Of a DNA stretch of 64,000 nucleotides, positions 61,386 to 64,000 are shown piece after piece. This stretch comes from Spirochaetota bacterium (GTDB lineage Bacteria; Spirochaetota; UBA12135; COTS27; CBDBHE01), in assembly GCA_965205605.1 (NCBI GenBank), contig CBDBHE010000007.1, positions 224,001-288,000 on the forward strand, in the 5' to 3' direction. Made by a program: the position numbers and the translations under genes. The stretch's first letter is position 1; each line of letters starts with the position of its first letter. The notes under the pieces were generated by a model. That model searched no databases and was not told the DNA's origin. It saw only the letters and a program-made list of their open reading frames with translations.

Positions 61386-62357
61386 TTAAAATAAAACCCT
61401 TCTTGTCCCTAAAAGAAGGGCTACTTTAAAATTAATCTTAATATTTTCATTCATAGACGTCACAACAGGAGGAATGAGGTCTTCTGTATAAATCTTGATA
61501 TAGCCACCTGCGGTACGAATCAAATAAAGATGTTTTTCTTCTAAAACTAACGGCTCCCCAGCTTGATACCCTAAATCAGGGGGTAAAATCGCTTGATAAA
61601 AATCACTCCTATACCCTAAATCTTGTAAAGCCCCATCACTGCTAGTAGGAGAGATGATTAATAATCGTAGCTCGCCTTCAAAAGAACTGATGTAAAACGC
61701 TAAAGGTGAAGGACTACTAAGAGGATTGTTCCCCATGTTAAACACCTCTACCATGCCAGAGGAATTAATACGTAGTCCTCCAAGAGAGCTACTGGCAAAA
61801 TAATTAACCACTTCCAAAGACCATTCTGCTCTCATATTAAAAGAAAGCGTTTTAGATATTTTAGATTGTATCCAACCATTATTCCTTTGTATCCGAGCGT
61901 AAAGAGCTTGAATGCCAAAACATGCCGCCCCTATTTTATAATCTTCATTCAAATTAAGACCCATCCTTTGAGAATGCGTTAATGTTTGAAATCCAGAAGA
62001 TGAAAAACTGGGGCGAGTCGTATTGGTCAAAAAAAAATCCATTTCATCTAAGCTTTCAAATCCTCCAATATCTTGATTTTCTACACTCTCTAAGGCATCA
62101 TTAACTTCCCCTAAAAAAATATTATAATTAGAAAAATCAGAATCATTGACGTACGAGCGAATCTTAAGCTCAATTTTATTACTAACAATACGCAACTCAT
62201 CTAAAAGAGGTCTAGGATACAAAATCACTTGAGTCGTTTCATTTGGGTCTGCAATTTGGCAACCTGTGTGGTAAAAAACACTCCCCCATAAAAAAAAGCT
62301 CCTTAAAAAACGTCTTTTATAACAACAATCGACTATCTTTTTGATAATAAAAATCAT
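61386..62357 (-). CDS. Hypothetical lipoprotein, paralogous in part to the upstream gene
   Basis: Probable start at 62357 with possible lipobox ...HTGC. C-terminal LQDLGY...P..GY...Y.I domain. Confidence 0.55.
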   Translation of the reverse strand: MIFIIKKIVDCCYKRRFLRSFFLWGSVFYHTGCQIADPNETTQVILYPRPLLDELRIVSNKIELKIRSYVNDSDFSNYNIFLGEVNDALESVENQDIGGFESLDEMDFFLTNTTRPSFSSSGFQTLTHSQRMGLNLNEDYKIGAACFGIQALYARIQRNNGWIQSKISKTLSFNMRAEWSLEVVNYFASSSLGGLRINSSGMVEVFNMGNNPLSSPSPLAFYISSFEGELRLLIISPTSSDGALQDLGYRSDFYQAILPPDLGYQAGEPLVLEEKHLYLIRTAGGYIKIYTEDLIPPVVTSMNENIKINFKVALLLGTRRVLF

Positions 62358-63150
62358 ACTTGATTTGACCCCCGTTAAGATCACGTACATACAAAAGCCC
62401 AAAATTACTCCCCTCTTTAAAAAAATAAACAGACCCTTCACTAATAGGCTGCGAAAACACACTGTACCCTTCTTCAGGGGCCTCTTTAATATAAAAGTCA
62501 TCTTCCTTAAATCCAGCCGGCTGTATCAAGGACCCGTTTGTCGGATTAATCCTAAGAGTAGGAGTAGGGTTTAAAATAAAATGAATCGTCTCATGACTTA
62601 TCACCCCAGTGCCAAGTCCCCTAGAAATATCTCGTTCTTTTTTTGATGGCCTCACTTCGATAACCACATTATGATAATCCCCTTCCCGACTCGTTTTACC
62701 GTTAAAAGGCCTCACAATAAAAAAATAACTTTCATACAAATTAATCTGTTTAATTTCAAACTCATCCCCTTTAACATACCGAAATCGACTGATACTTACC
62801 TCCGTAATCACTTCTCCACTAGAATGACTCGTCGGGGAGCCTTCAACTGTTGGCAAACCACTCCCAACATATAGCTTTTGCCTCAGTATCTGCGAACGAC
62901 TAGATGTCAAACCATAATAAAGATTGTACCCATTAAAAAACGAATAATCTTCTTTAGAATAAAGCCCTCTTATCGTAAAAGTAATCTTTCTATTTTCAGT
63001 CCTAGCTTCAATTTCATACGGAGCTGGCAATAGATCATTAAGCCCTATGATCTCAGGCACTCCACAACTTAGTAGAGCGAAAAGACTAACCATCAAAGAA
63101 AAAAAAAAAAAGGTCTTGATGTTTAAAAAAAAATTAATGGGCATACTCAA
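62317..63150 (-). CDS. Hypothetical lipoprotein (FN3-like N-terminal domain)
   Basis: Lipobox LLSC-G and motifs F.GYNLYYG and YFFIVRPF. Confidence 0.65.
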   Translation of the reverse strand: MSMPINFFLNIKTFFFFSLMVSLFALLSCGVPEIIGLNDLLPAPYEIEARTENRKITFTIRGLYSKEDYSFFNGYNLYYGLTSSRSQILRQKLYVGSGLPTVEGSPTSHSSGEVITEVSISRFRYVKGDEFEIKQINLYESYFFIVRPFNGKTSREGDYHNVVIEVRPSKKERDISRGLGTGVISHETIHFILNPTPTLRINPTNGSLIQPAGFKEDDFYIKEAPEEGYSVFSQPISEGSVYFFKEGSNFGLLYVRDLNGGQIKYDFYYQKDSRLLL

Positions 63151-64000
63151 AAATTAACTTTTCTAAAAACAATTTCCCAATTTGATTGTCTTTTCTTTTG
63201 TCAACTGACAAGTGCGTTAAAGAAGTCGTTTTTAAAACTTTTTCAAAATCAGTCATTTTTTCCATTAAAGCATACAGTGTCTTTAAAGTAAATCGATTGG
63301 ATCTTTGTCGAAGATTTCCTTTGGCTTTGGGATGAAAGACTTTGATTTTAGTAAAAATCACTTCTTGGGTCAATCCTTGATTTTGAAGTTCTTTATAATG
63401 GAGCAGTTTAGCGACTTCGTGAGCGAGGAGGGCTTGAAGGGAAATAAAGTCAAAGTCTTTTTGCTTAAAAAATTGTAAAAAAGCTTTTAAAGCAAGCTTG
63501 CGATTACAAGAAAGGGTAGCATTAATAAACTCAAAAATACTCCCTGAGTGCTCTTCGACTAAAAGAGGCTTTATTTGCTCAAGTTCGAGTGCTTCATTTT
63601 CTTTTTGATCTTCAAAAAACAAAAAAATCTTTTCAAGTTCATTTTCAAGACGATTGGGGGTTTCAAAAAAAAGATCACTGACAAACCCAATTGATTCTTT
63701 TGATAGCCTGATATCGTGCTCTTTTAACGCCTCCGTAACCCTTTCTTTAATCTTAAATGGAGAAGGTCTTACAAGACGAAACACCTTCACCTCTTCACTG
63801 TTTTTTACAAAATCTTCTATTTCTTTAGAAAAGCTTTCAAGCCCTTCTTTTAAAAAAACAAGGGTACAATTTGAAAAACTCGCTTTTATCAAATCCAAAA
63901 CCCATCTTTCTTTGCCCAACTTATTATAATTTTCAATCAAGTACATTTGCTCTTCTGCTGTCGCTAAAAGTGGCATCGACACTGACTCTAATAACCATGA
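63134..64000 (-). CDS. holA: DNA polymerase III delta subunit, 5'-truncated by the window edge
   Basis: L.NELEKI.L, SIFEF..A, D..LK and LE.LI; the frame is open to the window end. Confidence 0.75.
   Translation of the reverse strand, partial: SWLLESVSMPLLATAEEQMYLIENYNKLGKERWVLDLIKASFSNCTLVFLKEGLESFSKEIEDFVKNSEEVKVFRLVRPSPFKIKERVTEALKEHDIRLSKESIGFVSDLFFETPNRLENELEKIFLFFEDQKENEALELEQIKPLLVEEHSGSIFEFINATLSCNRKLALKAFLQFFKQKDFDFISLQALLAHEVAKLLHYKELQNQGLTQEVIFTKIKVFHPKAKGNLRQRSNRFTLKTLYALMEKMTDFEKVLKTTSLTHLSVDKRKDNQIGKLFLEKLIFEYAH

Noticed and set aside
62358-62501. Long N-terminal extension of ORF 61386..62501
   Set aside because: It overlaps the upstream lipoprotein gene by 185 nt; a start near 62357 gives a more plausible signal peptide.

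Overview
This is a very AT-rich, homopolymer-rich bacterial chromosome segment, mostly core genome. It probably comes from an LPS-containing Spirochaetota lineage. That is an inference from a spirochaete-type LysM/lipoprotein pair, an FN3-repeat/TPR envelope protein, YaaR, TIGR03545/6, bactofilin and lpxA. Housekeeping genes include znuABC, hemB, dcd, pdxA, accD, argS, recA, argJ, trxA, ftsK-lolA-rodZ-pgsA-pgpA, menC, glnA, htpX, lpxA and a partial holA. The main accessory element is an enzyme-only glycan-degradation cluster at 47.0-57.5 kb: GH89 alpha-N-acetylglucosaminidase, a sulfatase, a PL8 chondroitin ABC lyase and a GH29 fucosidase. All four are exported or anchored, and no transporter or regulator is present. 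Other notable points: five same-direction (+1) frameshifts in znuC, a PP2C phosphatase and hemB; a hexapeptide acetyltransferase pseudogene absent from the ORF track; several other gene relics; a 36-bp perfect palindrome between hemB and dcd; a duplicated palindrome upstream of glnA; and many short intergenic tandem duplications. I recognised no rRNA, tRNA, CRISPR array, prophage or intact IS element. I cannot demonstrate a wholly new system from sequence alone; the best candidates are listed as findings.
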